Shown here piece after piece: positions 19,455-29,148 of a DNA stretch of 64,000 bases. Each line of letters opens with the position of its first letter. Position 1 is the stretch's first letter. The translations under genes were made by a program, and so were the position numbers. The notes beneath the pieces are model-generated. The model did no database searches. It was not told the origin of the DNA and was given only the letters and a program-made list of their open reading frames with translations. The DNA comes from Dehalococcoidia bacterium (GTDB lineage Bacteria; Chloroflexota; Dehalococcoidia; Bin125): contig OY820591.1 of assembly GCA_963555985.3 (NCBI GenBank), positions 2,528,001 through 2,592,000 of the forward strand. Direction: 5' to 3'.

Positions 19455-20510
19455 ATGCCCACACCGCGTCAGTTCTTCCGTCCATTAGTGCTCGGCGCGC
19501 CCGATCCGCCGGCTGAGATTCCGACCTATCCGTCGCGCATGATTCACTTCTTCGATCCGTCGAACGAGCGGATCGCAGCGCGTTTACCGCAGCTCGCGCC
19601 GACGGTGGACATCCTGCTGGGCAACCTGGAGGACGCGATTCCTCCCAACGCGAAAGAGGCGGCGCGGGCGGGACTGATTCGGGCGGGGCAGACGCTTGAG
19701 CTGGGCGCGACGAAGCTGTGGACGCGGGTCAACGCGGTTGACAGTCCCTGGTTCCTGGACGACATGCTGCAACTGACCGAGCAGATCGGCGACGTACTCG
19801 ACACGGTGATGCTGCCGAAGGTGAACGGGCCGGAGGAGATTCGCTTCCTTGACTTGCTGCTGGCGCAGTTGGAGGCTCGGAACGGTCTGACGCGGCCGAT
19901 TCTGATTCACGCGATCCTGGAGACAGCTCAGGGTGTGAGCAATGTGGAGGCGATTGCGCAATCGAGTCCGCGCTTGCAGGGGATGAGTTTGGGGCCGTCC
20001 GATCTGGCGGCGTCGCGGCGAATGAAGACGACTCGGGTCGGCGGCCCGCATCCGGGCTACGTGGTTCGCACGGACGCCGATCCCGCTGATGCGGCGGGCA
20101 CGCGCACACCTTCGTTGCAGGATCCCTGGCACTACACGCTGGCTCGCATGATCGACGCGTGCGCCGCGAACGAGATCTATCCGTTCTACGGACCGTTCGG
20201 CGACTTCTCCGATCCGGTTGGCTGCGAAGATCAATTCCGGGCGGCGTTCATTCTCGGCTGTGTCGGAGCCTGGACGCTGCACCCGAACCAGATTCCGATT
20301 GCGAAGGCGGTCTTCCGCCCGAATCCGGACGAGGTGTCGTTTGCGCGGCGCGTGGTCGCGGCGATGGAGGAGGCGGGCGGTTCGGGCGGCGTCGCGGTGG
20401 TGGACGGAAAGATGCAGGACGACGCGACCTACAAGCAGTGCCGGGTGCTGCTCGATCTGGCGGAGATGCTGGCGGCGAAGGATCCGGAGTTGGCGGAGTT
20501 GTACGGATAG
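19455..20510 (+). CDS. mcl: Malyl-CoA/citramalyl-CoA lyase (Chloroflexus-type Mcl, CitE superfamily)
   Basis: GNLEDAIP, HAILETAQG, DLAASRRMKTTRVGG, YGPFGD, DGKMQDDAT; recalled resemblance to C. aurantiacus Mcl. Confidence 0.85.
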   Translation: MPTPRQFFRPLVLGAPDPPAEIPTYPSRMIHFFDPSNERIAARLPQLAPTVDILLGNLEDAIPPNAKEAARAGLIRAGQTLELGATKLWTRVNAVDSPWFLDDMLQLTEQIGDVLDTVMLPKVNGPEEIRFLDLLLAQLEARNGLTRPILIHAILETAQGVSNVEAIAQSSPRLQGMSLGPSDLAASRRMKTTRVGGPHPGYVVRTDADPADAAGTRTPSLQDPWHYTLARMIDACAANEIYPFYGPFGDFSDPVGCEDQFRAAFILGCVGAWTLHPNQIPIAKAVFRPNPDEVSFARRVVAAMEEAGGSGGVAVVDGKMQDDATYKQCRVLLDLAEMLAAKDPELAELYG

Positions 20511-20515
20511 CTCGC

Positions 20516-23308
20516 TTATACGGCGCGTCCGCGTGAGGCGGCTTCTTCTTCGGCTTGGCCGGTCAGCCAGCGGATGATTCGGGTAGAGAAATTGCTGAGC
20601 AGCCACTTGCCCGCGATGGCGACAGCGCAGGCGACGAGCACGATGGCCCATTCGGCGGCGGAGAGCGGGCCGAAGTCGAAGAAGCTGCGCAGCGTCGGCG
20701 TGTAGAGGGTGAGGATGAAGATCCCGAGCAGGGCTGCGCCGAAGAAGGTGACGAGAGCGGGCCGCATGAGGTTGTCGCGGGTGGCGCCCTGGTAGCCGAT
20801 CACTTCGACCATGTAGGCCAAGCCGACGATGCCGATGGTCGTGGAGACCAGTGTGCGCGCGTCCTCAACCGGACGGCCGAGGATGCCCTCGGTCAGGAGA
20901 TGCACGCCGACAGCCGCGACCGCCAAGGCAATCGACGCCGGGATCGCGAAGCGCATAGTCGAACTGAGGAAGTCGTGGCCGGCCGCGCGCGGCGGCTTGG
21001 TCAGGGTGATGAACACGGCCGGCACGCCCAGCGTGAACAGCGCCGTGAGCGAGCCGTGGCGCGGCAGGAAGGGGAAATCGAGGCTCATCATGTTGGCCGC
21101 GAAGATGATCAGGAAAGCGTAGAAACTCTTGGTGACGAACAGCTTGCTCAGTTGCGAGGCGTTGCCGAGCACGTTCTGCGCCACCTCCGAACCCTTGACC
21201 AATGCCTCGAACGAGTCGTTGCGCAGCACGATCGCAGCGACGCCCTTGGCCGTGGCCGTGCCCGACTCCATCGCCACGCCAACATCGGCCTGGCGCAGGG
21301 CGCGGACATCGTTGGCGCCGTCGCCGACCATGGCGACGTAGTGGCCGTTGGCCTGGAGCGCGGCGACGATTCGTTCTTTCTGCTGTGGCGCGATCCGTCC
21401 GAAGACGGAGTTGTCCTCGACCGCCCGTTGCAGCTCTTCGTCGTCCATTGCGTCGATGGCCGCACCGGAGATCAGGCCGCCCTGGAGGCGGATGCCGAGC
21501 TGATAGACGAGGGCGGCAACAGTGGCGGGGTTGTCGCCGCTGATGATCTTCGGCTCGATCTCGAGTTCGTGCATCATGCGGAAGGCGTTGGCGATCTCGG
21601 GGCGGAGCTCATCGGCGACGGTGACGAGAGCGACCACGCGCATTTCGGGCAGTTGATCTTGTTCAGGATCGGGAAGCGAGGCGGCTTCGGCGAAGACGAC
21701 GCCGCGCAACCCCCGCTGGGCTGCGAGCTCATACTCCTCGCGCAGGGCCGACTCGTCCTCGCCATCGCTGGTCAGCAGGCGTTCGGGCGCGCCGAGGACG
21801 AAGACTCGTTCCTCCGCACCCAGCCGCATCCGCGCGGCGCTCCAGCGGCGTTCGGAGTTGAAAGGCACGCTGGCGGTCAGGGCTGCGCCGTTACTCATCG
21901 GGGCTAGGGCCGTCGCCAGCGCTTCGGAGGTCTTGTTGTTTTCGACCGTCGCCAGCGCAAACGCCCCCAGCCAGCCGCGCAGCGAGCGGCCCTGTTGGGC
22001 CCAGCGAACATCGTCGACTTTGAGCCGGTTGGCGGTGATCGTGCCGGTCTTGTCGAGGCAGATCGTGTCGAGGTAGTTGAGCGCCTCGACCGCCGTGTTG
22101 TCCTGCACGATCGCGCCCATCCGCGAGACCCGCAGCGCGCCGACCGCGAAGGCGACGGTGAGCCCCAGCAGCAGCCCATCGGGAACGACCGAGGTCGCCG
22201 TTGCGATCGTGTTCTTGATCGCCACTGCGAACTCGCGCCCTTCAATTGAGTACGAGATCAGCAGCAGCACGGCCAGTACCGCTGTCGCAACCAGGAGTCC
22301 CCGCAGGATGCGGCGGAATCGCAGTTGCAGCGGCGTTTCGGTCCGCTTCAGTTGACGGGCGTCGCGGGTCTCACGAACGGCGCGCGATTGGTCGCCGACG
22401 CGATCGGCGCGGTAGTAACAGGAGCCGCCGGTGCAGAACGCGCCCGATTCGAGCTCTTCGCCCGGGCCGCGGCGGACGGAGCGGGATTCACCGGTCAGGA
22501 TTGATTCATCCAGTTCGGCTTCATCCCAGATGATCGGCCCATCGGCGACCACCTGATCGCCGGCGCGCAACAGGACCAGATCGCCTTCGACGACTTCGGT
22601 CGCAGGGATGACCATCTCGACCCCGCCGCGGATCACCGTAGCGGTGGGAGCAGTCAACGCCACGAGGTCGCGCAGCTTGCGCGTCGCGCGCAGTTCCTGG
22701 AGCGTCCCGACGATCACGTTGGCGAGCACAACCATGCCGACGAAGCCCGCGTCCTGGAGGTGATCGCCCTGTCGGTCGACGATGCCCAGCCCCAGCAGAA
22801 TCCCGATCAGCCCGAACAGCACCGTGTTGAAGTAGGTGAAGACGTTGGAGAGGACGACATCAAGGTCGGAGCGCTGGCGGCTGGTGTCGCGGTTGACGCG
22901 CCCGTCGAGCACACGCTCGGCGGCCTGGGCTGCGCTCAGACCCTCAAGCGGCGGCGGCGCGAGTTGGGGAGCTTCGGCAACCTCTTGATCGGGAGCGGCG
23001 AGCGGCGCGGCGACCGCTCCGTTCGCTTCGGCGCTATTGAGCGGAGGCGGCGCGGTCTCGGGAGCGGTCAGGGGCGAGGGCGCTGCTCCGCCGCTGAGAT
23101 CGACCTCAACGCCTTCGGCGGCGGCGTAGGGGTCGGGGAGTTCAGCGCCGGTGGCGCGGCTCTCCTCGATCCGTTCGAGCAGGGCAGTGGCGGCGTCCAG
23201 CGCTTCGGGGTGGAGTTGCGGCTGCCCTTCTTCGAGGGCGGCCAAGTCGAAGAGCAGGGCGGGTTCCGGCTCTCCGAAGTCGACGAAAGCTGGATCGCGC
23301 ACGCTCAT
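20516..23308 (-). CDS. Cation-transporting P-type ATPase (CtpE-like) with acidic/Pro-rich N-terminal extension
   Basis: LTGES, DKTGTIT, ISGDN, MVGDGAND. The M4 motif reads VPDGL. Confidence 0.9.
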   Translation of the reverse strand: MSVRDPAFVDFGEPEPALLFDLAALEEGQPQLHPEALDAATALLERIEESRATGAELPDPYAAAEGVEVDLSGGAAPSPLTAPETAPPPLNSAEANGAVAAPLAAPDQEVAEAPQLAPPPLEGLSAAQAAERVLDGRVNRDTSRQRSDLDVVLSNVFTYFNTVLFGLIGILLGLGIVDRQGDHLQDAGFVGMVVLANVIVGTLQELRATRKLRDLVALTAPTATVIRGGVEMVIPATEVVEGDLVLLRAGDQVVADGPIIWDEAELDESILTGESRSVRRGPGEELESGAFCTGGSCYYRADRVGDQSRAVRETRDARQLKRTETPLQLRFRRILRGLLVATAVLAVLLLISYSIEGREFAVAIKNTIATATSVVPDGLLLGLTVAFAVGALRVSRMGAIVQDNTAVEALNYLDTICLDKTGTITANRLKVDDVRWAQQGRSLRGWLGAFALATVENNKTSEALATALAPMSNGAALTASVPFNSERRWSAARMRLGAEERVFVLGAPERLLTSDGEDESALREEYELAAQRGLRGVVFAEAASLPDPEQDQLPEMRVVALVTVADELRPEIANAFRMMHELEIEPKIISGDNPATVAALVYQLGIRLQGGLISGAAIDAMDDEELQRAVEDNSVFGRIAPQQKERIVAALQANGHYVAMVGDGANDVRALRQADVGVAMESGTATAKGVAAIVLRNDSFEALVKGSEVAQNVLGNASQLSKLFVTKSFYAFLIIFAANMMSLDFPFLPRHGSLTALFTLGVPAVFITLTKPPRAAGHDFLSSTMRFAIPASIALAVAAVGVHLLTEGILGRPVEDARTLVSTTIGIVGLAYMVEVIGYQGATRDNLMRPALVTFFGAALLGIFILTLYTPTLRSFFDFGPLSAAEWAIVLVACAVAIAGKWLLSNFSTRIIRWLTGQAEEEAASRGRAV

Positions 23309-23370
23309 AGTTCCAGTTTAGGCACTGCTTATGGAGCGTGGTGGGAAGATTGGGGTGGGTTGAGGGGTTG

Positions 23371-24240
23371 TTAATCGTTGAGGGCTCGTTCGAGTCCGGC
23401 GAGGCGCTCGGCTCTGGTAGCGGCGCTGCGGCCGCGCAGTCCCTCGATCGCGCTCCAAGTGATGACGAGCACGAAGAGCGCGGCTTGAGTGAGCACGACG
23501 GTGGCGCCGGAGGAGACATCGACGAACCAAGAGATGTAGACCCCGACGAAGCCCGTCAGTACGCCCAGGACGACCGCCAACAGGAACAGGCGTGGGAAGG
23601 AATCGGTCAGCATTCGCGCCACTACGGGCGGGATCACCAGCGCCGCTGCAATCAGGGTCACGCCCAGGATCTGGAGCGAAGCGACAACGGTCGCCGCGAG
23701 CACCAGCGCGAAGATCGCATCGACCCAGCCCACTGAGATGCCGTAGGACTCGGCGACATCGCGGTCGAAGGTGATGAACACGAGCTGCTTCCAAAAAATG
23801 AACAACATCGCGCCGATCAGGATGATCATGCCGATAATCACGTAGAGGTCCTGGGCGGTGATGCCCAGGATTTCGCCAAAGAGGGCGGCTTCAAAGTCGC
23901 GCGTGAAGCTGCGCGAACGCGAGATTACGGCGACGCCGATCGCGAACGCGGCCGTCGTGATGATGCCAATCGCGGCGTCGCCGCCGATCTGCCGCCGGCG
24001 CGCCGCCTGATTAATCAGGAAGACCGAGAAGGCGCCCCAAACGCTCGCGCCGAGGAAGAAATTGATGCCGAGCGTGAAGGACACGACCGCGCCGCCGAAG
24101 ATGCTGTGAGCCAGGCCGTGGCCGATATAGGCGAGACGCCGGAGGATAACGAAGACGCCCACTGCCGCCGTCACGCCGCCGATCAGGGCAGCGGCGATCA
24201 TCGCGCGTTGCATGAAGCCATACTCGAACGGTTCAAGCAT
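23371..24240 (-). CDS. Metal (Zn/Mn) ABC permease
   Basis: FMQRAM, GHGLAH, ALFGEILGI, SSGATVVL. Confidence 0.9.
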   Translation of the reverse strand: MLEPFEYGFMQRAMIAAALIGGVTAAVGVFVILRRLAYIGHGLAHSIFGGAVVSFTLGINFFLGASVWGAFSVFLINQAARRRQIGGDAAIGIITTAAFAIGVAVISRSRSFTRDFEAALFGEILGITAQDLYVIIGMIILIGAMLFIFWKQLVFITFDRDVAESYGISVGWVDAIFALVLAATVVASLQILGVTLIAAALVIPPVVARMLTDSFPRLFLLAVVLGVLTGFVGVYISWFVDVSSGATVVLTQAALFVLVITWSAIEGLRGRSAATRAERLAGLERALND

Positions 24241-25102
24241 GGCGCTTGCCGGATTTATCGCGATCGAGCAGGCCGAATTCGGCCTTGAGCCAGGTCAACT
24301 CGTCGTGCGCTCCCGGTTGCTCTTCCGGCGCCGGCAGGACGTAGGTCTCGAGGCCCCGTTGGATCACCAGCATTGGCTGGCCGTAGGCGCGCTCCAGGAT
24401 GTCCGATTGCAATACCTCGTCCGGCGCACCGTCGGCCAGGACCGTGCGCTCGCCGAGACAGATCAGGCGGGGCAGATGCGAGGCGACGCCGGTGAGGTCG
24501 TGCGTGGTGAGGACGATCGTGACGCCGCCCGCGTTGAGTCGGATCAACTCGTGCATGATCTCGTGCCGGGTCTTGATGTCGACCCCGGAGGTGGGTTCGT
24601 CCAGCAGCAGCAGGTGAGGCGAGCCGACCAGGGCTCGGGCCAGGAAGGTGCGCTGCTGCTGACCGCCGGAGAGGGCGCGGATCGAGCGGTGAGCATACTC
24701 GGCGATCCCGAGCTGCTCCATCACCTCGTGCGCGCGGGCGTGATCGCGGCGGCTGACCCAGGGCAGCCAACGGCGTGTGCGCCAACGGCCCAAGAGCACG
24801 ACCTGCTCGACCGTTATGGGGAAGTTCCAATCGACCGTCTCCACTTGCGGCACGTAGCCGACCCGCACCTCCCCAGCCTGGTTGTCACCGAAGGCAAAAG
24901 TACCTGCGTAGCGCTCCATGTCGCCCAGGAGCGCGCGCAGGAGAGTGGTCTTGCCGCAGCCGCTGGGACCGACGATGCCGATCATCTCACCGCGCCCGAC
25001 GGTGAGGTTGAGGTCGCGCAGGGCGACTTCGCCGTCGTAGCCGACAGCGAGGCCGCTGAGTGTGGCGAGCGGCTCACCTAGCTCGGATTGGACGGCTGCC
25101 AT
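24233..25102 (-). CDS. Metal ABC ATP-binding protein
   Basis: GPSGCGKTT, GYVPQ, LSGGQQQR, LDEPTSGVD. Confidence 0.9.
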   Translation of the reverse strand: MAAVQSELGEPLATLSGLAVGYDGEVALRDLNLTVGRGEMIGIVGPSGCGKTTLLRALLGDMERYAGTFAFGDNQAGEVRVGYVPQVETVDWNFPITVEQVVLLGRWRTRRWLPWVSRRDHARAHEVMEQLGIAEYAHRSIRALSGGQQQRTFLARALVGSPHLLLLDEPTSGVDIKTRHEIMHELIRLNAGGVTIVLTTHDLTGVASHLPRLICLGERTVLADGAPDEVLQSDILERAYGQPMLVIQRGLETYVLPAPEEQPGAHDELTWLKAEFGLLDRDKSGKRHA

Positions 25103-26079
25103 GTGTCGGAAACCTCGAATCCATCCAACGCGCCGGGGTCGCCGCCGAGGGCGGTCACCATCGTACGCACATTTTCGACCATCATTGCGACCAGCGTGTT
25201 GTTGTCGTCTCCGGGTTCGCCGGGCAGATCGTCGTCGCGGAGCGTGGAGACCTGCACCGCCCCGGCTTCCTCAGCGATCGTTTGCAGGACTTCGCTGGGA
25301 AAGACCTCGGAGCCGAAGATCGCGGGCACACCCGCTTCGCGGACTTGAACAATCAGTTCCCTGAGCTCGCGCGGCGATGGCTCCGAGAAGTCGGAGGGCT
25401 GGATCGCGCCGATCACTTCGAGTCCGTAGCGCGGGGCGAAGTAGGGGAAGGAGTCGTGATAGGTGAGCAGCTTGCGGTGAGCGGGCGGGATCGTGGCGGT
25501 CGCTTCGGCGATTGCTTCGTCCAAGGCCCAGAGGCGCTCGGCGAGGCGCTCGCTATTGGCGCGGTAGTAGTTCGCGGCATCGGGATCGAGCTCGATCAGG
25601 GCGTCGCGGACCAGTTCTGCGTACTTCACGGCCAAATGCGGCGCAGTCCAGAGGTGCGGATTGGGACTGCCGCCGGAGCGGGGAAAGGAGAAGTCGTAGA
25701 CGTACTCGTCGGGCGTGACGGCTTGATCGGCGAGCAGGAGGATGGGCGCGTCTTCGGCACGGTTGGCCTCGGCGAGTTCGAGCGTGGGCAGTTCCAGGTT
25801 GAGACCATTGATGACGATCAGGTCGGCGCGTTCGATCTCACCCGCAGCCGACGGCGGCGGATCGAAAGTGTGGCTGTTCACGCCTTCGGGTACCAGTCCG
25901 ATGACTGAGACGCGGTCGCCGCCGACGTTCTCGACGATGTTGCGCAGCGGGGCGACGGTGGTGACGACCATGAGGCGGTCGTCGTCCTGCTGAGCGGGCG
26001 TGTCCCCGTCTTCGCTACAAGCTATGAGCAGCAACCCGAACAGGACGGCGGCGATCAACGCGACCGCAGGCAGGCGCAT
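25078..26079 (-). CDS. Metal ABC substrate-binding lipoprotein (ZnuA/TroA cluster)
   Basis: LIAC lipobox, NSHTFDP, NPHLW, YHDSFPYF. Confidence 0.9.
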   Translation of the reverse strand: MRLPAVALIAAVLFGLLLIACSEDGDTPAQQDDDRLMVVTTVAPLRNIVENVGGDRVSVIGLVPEGVNSHTFDPPPSAAGEIERADLIVINGLNLELPTLELAEANRAEDAPILLLADQAVTPDEYVYDFSFPRSGGSPNPHLWTAPHLAVKYAELVRDALIELDPDAANYYRANSERLAERLWALDEAIAEATATIPPAHRKLLTYHDSFPYFAPRYGLEVIGAIQPSDFSEPSPRELRELIVQVREAGVPAIFGSEVFPSEVLQTIAEEAGAVQVSTLRDDDLPGEPGDDNNTLVAMMVENVRTMVTALGGDPGALDGFEVSDTWQPSNPS

Positions 26080-26126
26080 GATTGACTCGCTTCCTGAGCA
26101 GGGAGGTTATCTGGGTTGGGTTGGTA

Positions 26127-26142
26127 TTGCAATCAATTGCAA
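26127..26142. promoter_or_regulatory. Candidate Fur-family (Zur/Mur) operator
   Basis: TTGCAA-TCAA-TTGCAA palindrome about 50 bp upstream of the metal ABC operon. Confidence 0.55.
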
Positions 26143-26198
26143 GAAGCGGGCAGCTTTCGTTGCAGGCGGATGGGTCGGCGTGCTGGGCTCGCTCTATT

Positions 26199-26253
26199 CC
26201 CTGCTTTCGCGGGGACAGGCAACTTCGTGACATCTCCTCCCGCAGTGCGGAGG
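26199..26253 (-). repeat. Partial REP-A with mini-insert
   Basis: ccctgctttcgcggggacaggc followed by cttcgtgacatctcctcccgcagtgcgg. Confidence 0.6.
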
Positions 26254-26266
26254 CCCCAGGCGACTC

Positions 26267-27190
26267 CTAGACAAGCCCGGGGCGAATTTGGTTGCGCGGG
26301 AAGCCGCCAGCGGCGAGAGTCTTGGGCCAGACCTCGAAGAGAGTGTCGATGTCGATCAGAGGCTCGTCGAAGTGGAGGTGGCGCTCGAGCACCGGCTCGG
26401 AGAAGAGGGAGATGCGGTGGCCGCTGGCTCCGAAGACGCGGCCGTTGGCCTCGTCGCTCTGGTCGGAGGCGAGCCAGGCGACGATCGGGGCGACGTTCTT
26501 GGGGTCGCGGGCGGTTCCGGCGGCGGACTCGCTGGGTGCCGGGCCTTCCTGAGCGACTCCGCGTCCGCGGTCGGTCATGCGGGTGGAGGCGCCGGGAGCG
26601 ATGCAGTTGGTGGTGACGCCGTAGCGCGAGAGCGCGCCCACGTTGGAGCGCATCAGGCCGAGCTTGGCGGCGTGGGCGGCGGAGTAGTTGGGCTGGCCGG
26701 CGGCGCCGCGAATACCGGCGTCGGAGGTGAAGTAGACGATCCGGCGGTGCTGGCCCTCGCGGTTGGCGCGCCAGTAGATCGAGGCGAACTTGGTCGGCGC
26801 GAAGCAGCCCTTGAGGTGAGCGCGGACGAGGCCGTCCCACTCGTCTTCGGTCATGTTGAAGATCATGCGCTCGCGCAGGATGCCGTGAGCGCAGACCAAC
26901 ACGTCGAGACCACCGAACGAGTCGAGCGCGGTCTGGATCATGTTTTCGGCGGTGTCCATATCGGCGACATCGCCGACGAAGGGAACAGCTTCGCCGCCGG
27001 CGTCGCGGATTTCGTCGACAATCGCTTCGACTTTGGAGGCGTCCATCCCGAAGCGGCCCTCAACGTCGAAGCCGGTGTCGGCGACGACGACTTTGGCTCC
27101 CTGTTCACCGAAGACGCGGCAGAGGTTGGAGCCGATGCCGCCGGCTCCGCCGGTGATGATGCAGATACGGCCTTCGAGGTGCTTGGCCAT
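26267..27190 (-). CDS. SDR family oxidoreductase
   Basis: TGGAGGIG, GILRERMIFNM, GQPNYSAAH. Confidence 0.9.
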   Translation of the reverse strand: MAKHLEGRICIITGGAGGIGSNLCRVFGEQGAKVVVADTGFDVEGRFGMDASKVEAIVDEIRDAGGEAVPFVGDVADMDTAENMIQTALDSFGGLDVLVCAHGILRERMIFNMTEDEWDGLVRAHLKGCFAPTKFASIYWRANREGQHRRIVYFTSDAGIRGAAGQPNYSAAHAAKLGLMRSNVGALSRYGVTTNCIAPGASTRMTDRGRGVAQEGPAPSESAAGTARDPKNVAPIVAWLASDQSDEANGRVFGASGHRISLFSEPVLERHLHFDEPLIDIDTLFEVWPKTLAAGGFPRNQIRPGLV

Positions 27191-27252
27191 GATGGTGCTC
27201 CTAGCGTTTCGTCTGTGTGTTTCGGAATGTCCCCACTGCCTTCCCGGCCCTC

Positions 27253-27347
27253 GTCATTGCCGCGCTCCGTCGCGGCAATCCGCCGTGTGCGGCACCAACG
27301 CTTGTACCTGACTCGGCGAGATACCCGCGGTAAGCGCGGGTATGACG
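27253..27347. repeat. REP-B inverted doublet (REPIN-like) between the SDR paralogs
   Basis: gtcattgccgcgctccgtcgcggcaatc ... gagatacccgcggtaagcgcgggtatgac; same doublet as 3351-3497 in opposite orientation. Confidence 0.75.
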
Positions 27348-27404
27348 AAGCAGTGGGTGCGTGGATGACGGCGCTGCATTGGCTTCCAGAGGGGAGGGAA
27401 CGGC

Positions 27405-28319
27405 TTAGGGGAACTGGCGCGGCGGCGGGCCCATGCCTTGCAGGGAGAGCGTTTGCGGGATCAGCTCGAACAGGGTGTCGATGTCCCAGTAGGGTTCGAC
27501 GTTCCAGATCGTCTGCTCCCACTCCATCTCTTTCCAGATCGTGATCTTGCCGCCGGTGGTGCCGACCACGCGGCCGCTGATCTCGGCGCCGGCGTCGGAG
27601 GCGAGGAAGGTCACGGCCGAGGTGACATTGGCCGGGTCCATCATCGTGCCCGCTGCCGAGAGGCTGGGCGCGTCGCCGCTCTGGTCGACCTCGCGGCCGC
27701 GGTCGGTCATGCGCGTGGACGCGCCGGGGGAGATGCAGTTGCTGGTCACGCCGTAGCGTTCGAGCGCGTCGGCGTTGGAGAGCGAGAGGCCGATCTTGCC
27801 GGCGTGAGCGGCGGAGTAGTTGGGCTGCCCCGCCTCGCCGCGCACGCCGGCGGAGGAGGTGAAGTAGATGATCCGGCGGTTGCCCTTGTCGCGGTTGGCG
27901 CGCCAGTGGATGGAGGCGAACTTAGTTGGCGCGAAGCAGCCCTTGAGATGGATCCGAACGAGTTCGTCCCATTCCTCCTCGGTCATGTTGAAGACCATGC
28001 GCTCGCGCAGGATGCCGTGCGCGCAGACGAGGATGTCGAGGTCGCCGTAGGTCTCGATCGCGGTTTGGACGGCGCGTTCGGCAGTGTCCATATCGGCGAT
28101 GTCGCCGGCGATCCCGGTCGCCTGTCCGCCGGCGGCGGTGATGCCGTCAACCACTGCGTCCACCTTGGACGGGTCCATCCCGGCCCGCCCCTCGACATCG
28201 AAGCCGGTATCGCAGACGACGACCGCTGCGCCCTGTTCGGCGAAGACGCGGCAGATCTGCGAACCCATGCCGCCGGCGCCGCCGGTCACTAGCGCCACTT
28301 TGCCGTCGAGATGTCCCAT
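27405..28319 (-). CDS. SDR family oxidoreductase (tandem paralog)
   Basis: TGGAGGMG; closely similar to 26267-27190. Confidence 0.9.
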   Translation of the reverse strand: MGHLDGKVALVTGGAGGMGSQICRVFAEQGAAVVVCDTGFDVEGRAGMDPSKVDAVVDGITAAGGQATGIAGDIADMDTAERAVQTAIETYGDLDILVCAHGILRERMVFNMTEEEWDELVRIHLKGCFAPTKFASIHWRANRDKGNRRIIYFTSSAGVRGEAGQPNYSAAHAGKIGLSLSNADALERYGVTSNCISPGASTRMTDRGREVDQSGDAPSLSAAGTMMDPANVTSAVTFLASDAGAEISGRVVGTTGGKITIWKEMEWEQTIWNVEPYWDIDTLFELIPQTLSLQGMGPPPRQFP

Positions 28320-28384
28320 GCTGCGCTCCCGTCATTGAGAGATTGAGATTCGAGAGTGAGGCTAGGCCTCGGCGGCGGAATGGG

Positions 28385-28825
28385 TCAATCGATTGGCGGC
28401 TGGACGGTGAAACCGAGGGCGTCAGCAGCTTCAGCCTGTCGGCGGTCCCAAGTGACGAAGGTCAGTGAGTCAACCGAATCAATCCCCAGAGCGCTGGCGA
28501 CCTGCACTGCATCAGCACCGGAGAGGGGAAATTGCGACAAGAGCTCTGCGCCAGCCAGGATATATGCGTCGTCCACCGATACTGTTTCGAACCTGGACCA
28601 GACGAAGCGAAGTCTTGCGAGGGCTTCACTCAACTCCTGCTCATCGATCTCGTGATTGCGAAACCGACGCGCAAGTGCAGAGTGAGCTTCAACGTAGGAC
28701 AGCATGCTGGTAATCACCAAGTCGTCGCCGGTGTAGATCGAGAGAGCGAGGTCCGCACCGTCCTCATCCCGAAGCACCAACTTGACGAGGGCGCTGGTGT
28801 CGAAGTAGCTCCCTGATTGTGTCAT
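28385..28825 (-). CDS. vapC: VapC-family PIN-domain toxin
   Basis: YFDTSALVKL, YVEAHSAL, LSGADAVQVASA, FVTWDRRQ. Confidence 0.88.
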   Translation of the reverse strand: MTQSGSYFDTSALVKLVLRDEDGADLALSIYTGDDLVITSMLSYVEAHSALARRFRNHEIDEQELSEALARLRFVWSRFETVSVDDAYILAGAELLSQFPLSGADAVQVASALGIDSVDSLTFVTWDRRQAEAADALGFTVQPPID

Positions 28826-29118
28826 TCACAGCGTTCGCAGCGACACCGACCGAGGGCGCACATGAGTTCTTCATTCGTCATTGGCTTCCCGAGCGGCTTC
28901 CAGCTGCGGATGATTTCGGCAAGTTCTGCCCGATCCCGAGCTCCTCGATAAGGGGGATCGACCAGGCCACGGTTGTACATCTCTTCCCAGACCGGATCCG
29001 GCTCCTCGTCGCCCCAGTCGAGCGGTGGGCGGGGCAACTTGATCGGTTCGCCCCTCGCTGGCTGGCGGATCACTTCCGATGCTGCCTCGTCGCGGTCCAT
29101 TACACGCTCCCACGCCAT
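28822..29118 (-). CDS. Putative VapB-type antitoxin
   Basis: Small ORF with an ATGA overlap on the PIN gene; no recognisable DNA-binding motif. Confidence 0.55.
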   Translation of the reverse strand: MAWERVMDRDEAASEVIRQPARGEPIKLPRPPLDWGDEEPDPVWEEMYNRGLVDPPYRGARDRAELAEIIRSWKPLGKPMTNEELMCALGRCRCERCE

Positions 29119-29148
29119 GCGGTCAGTGTACCGAAGTCGAAGTACGGA

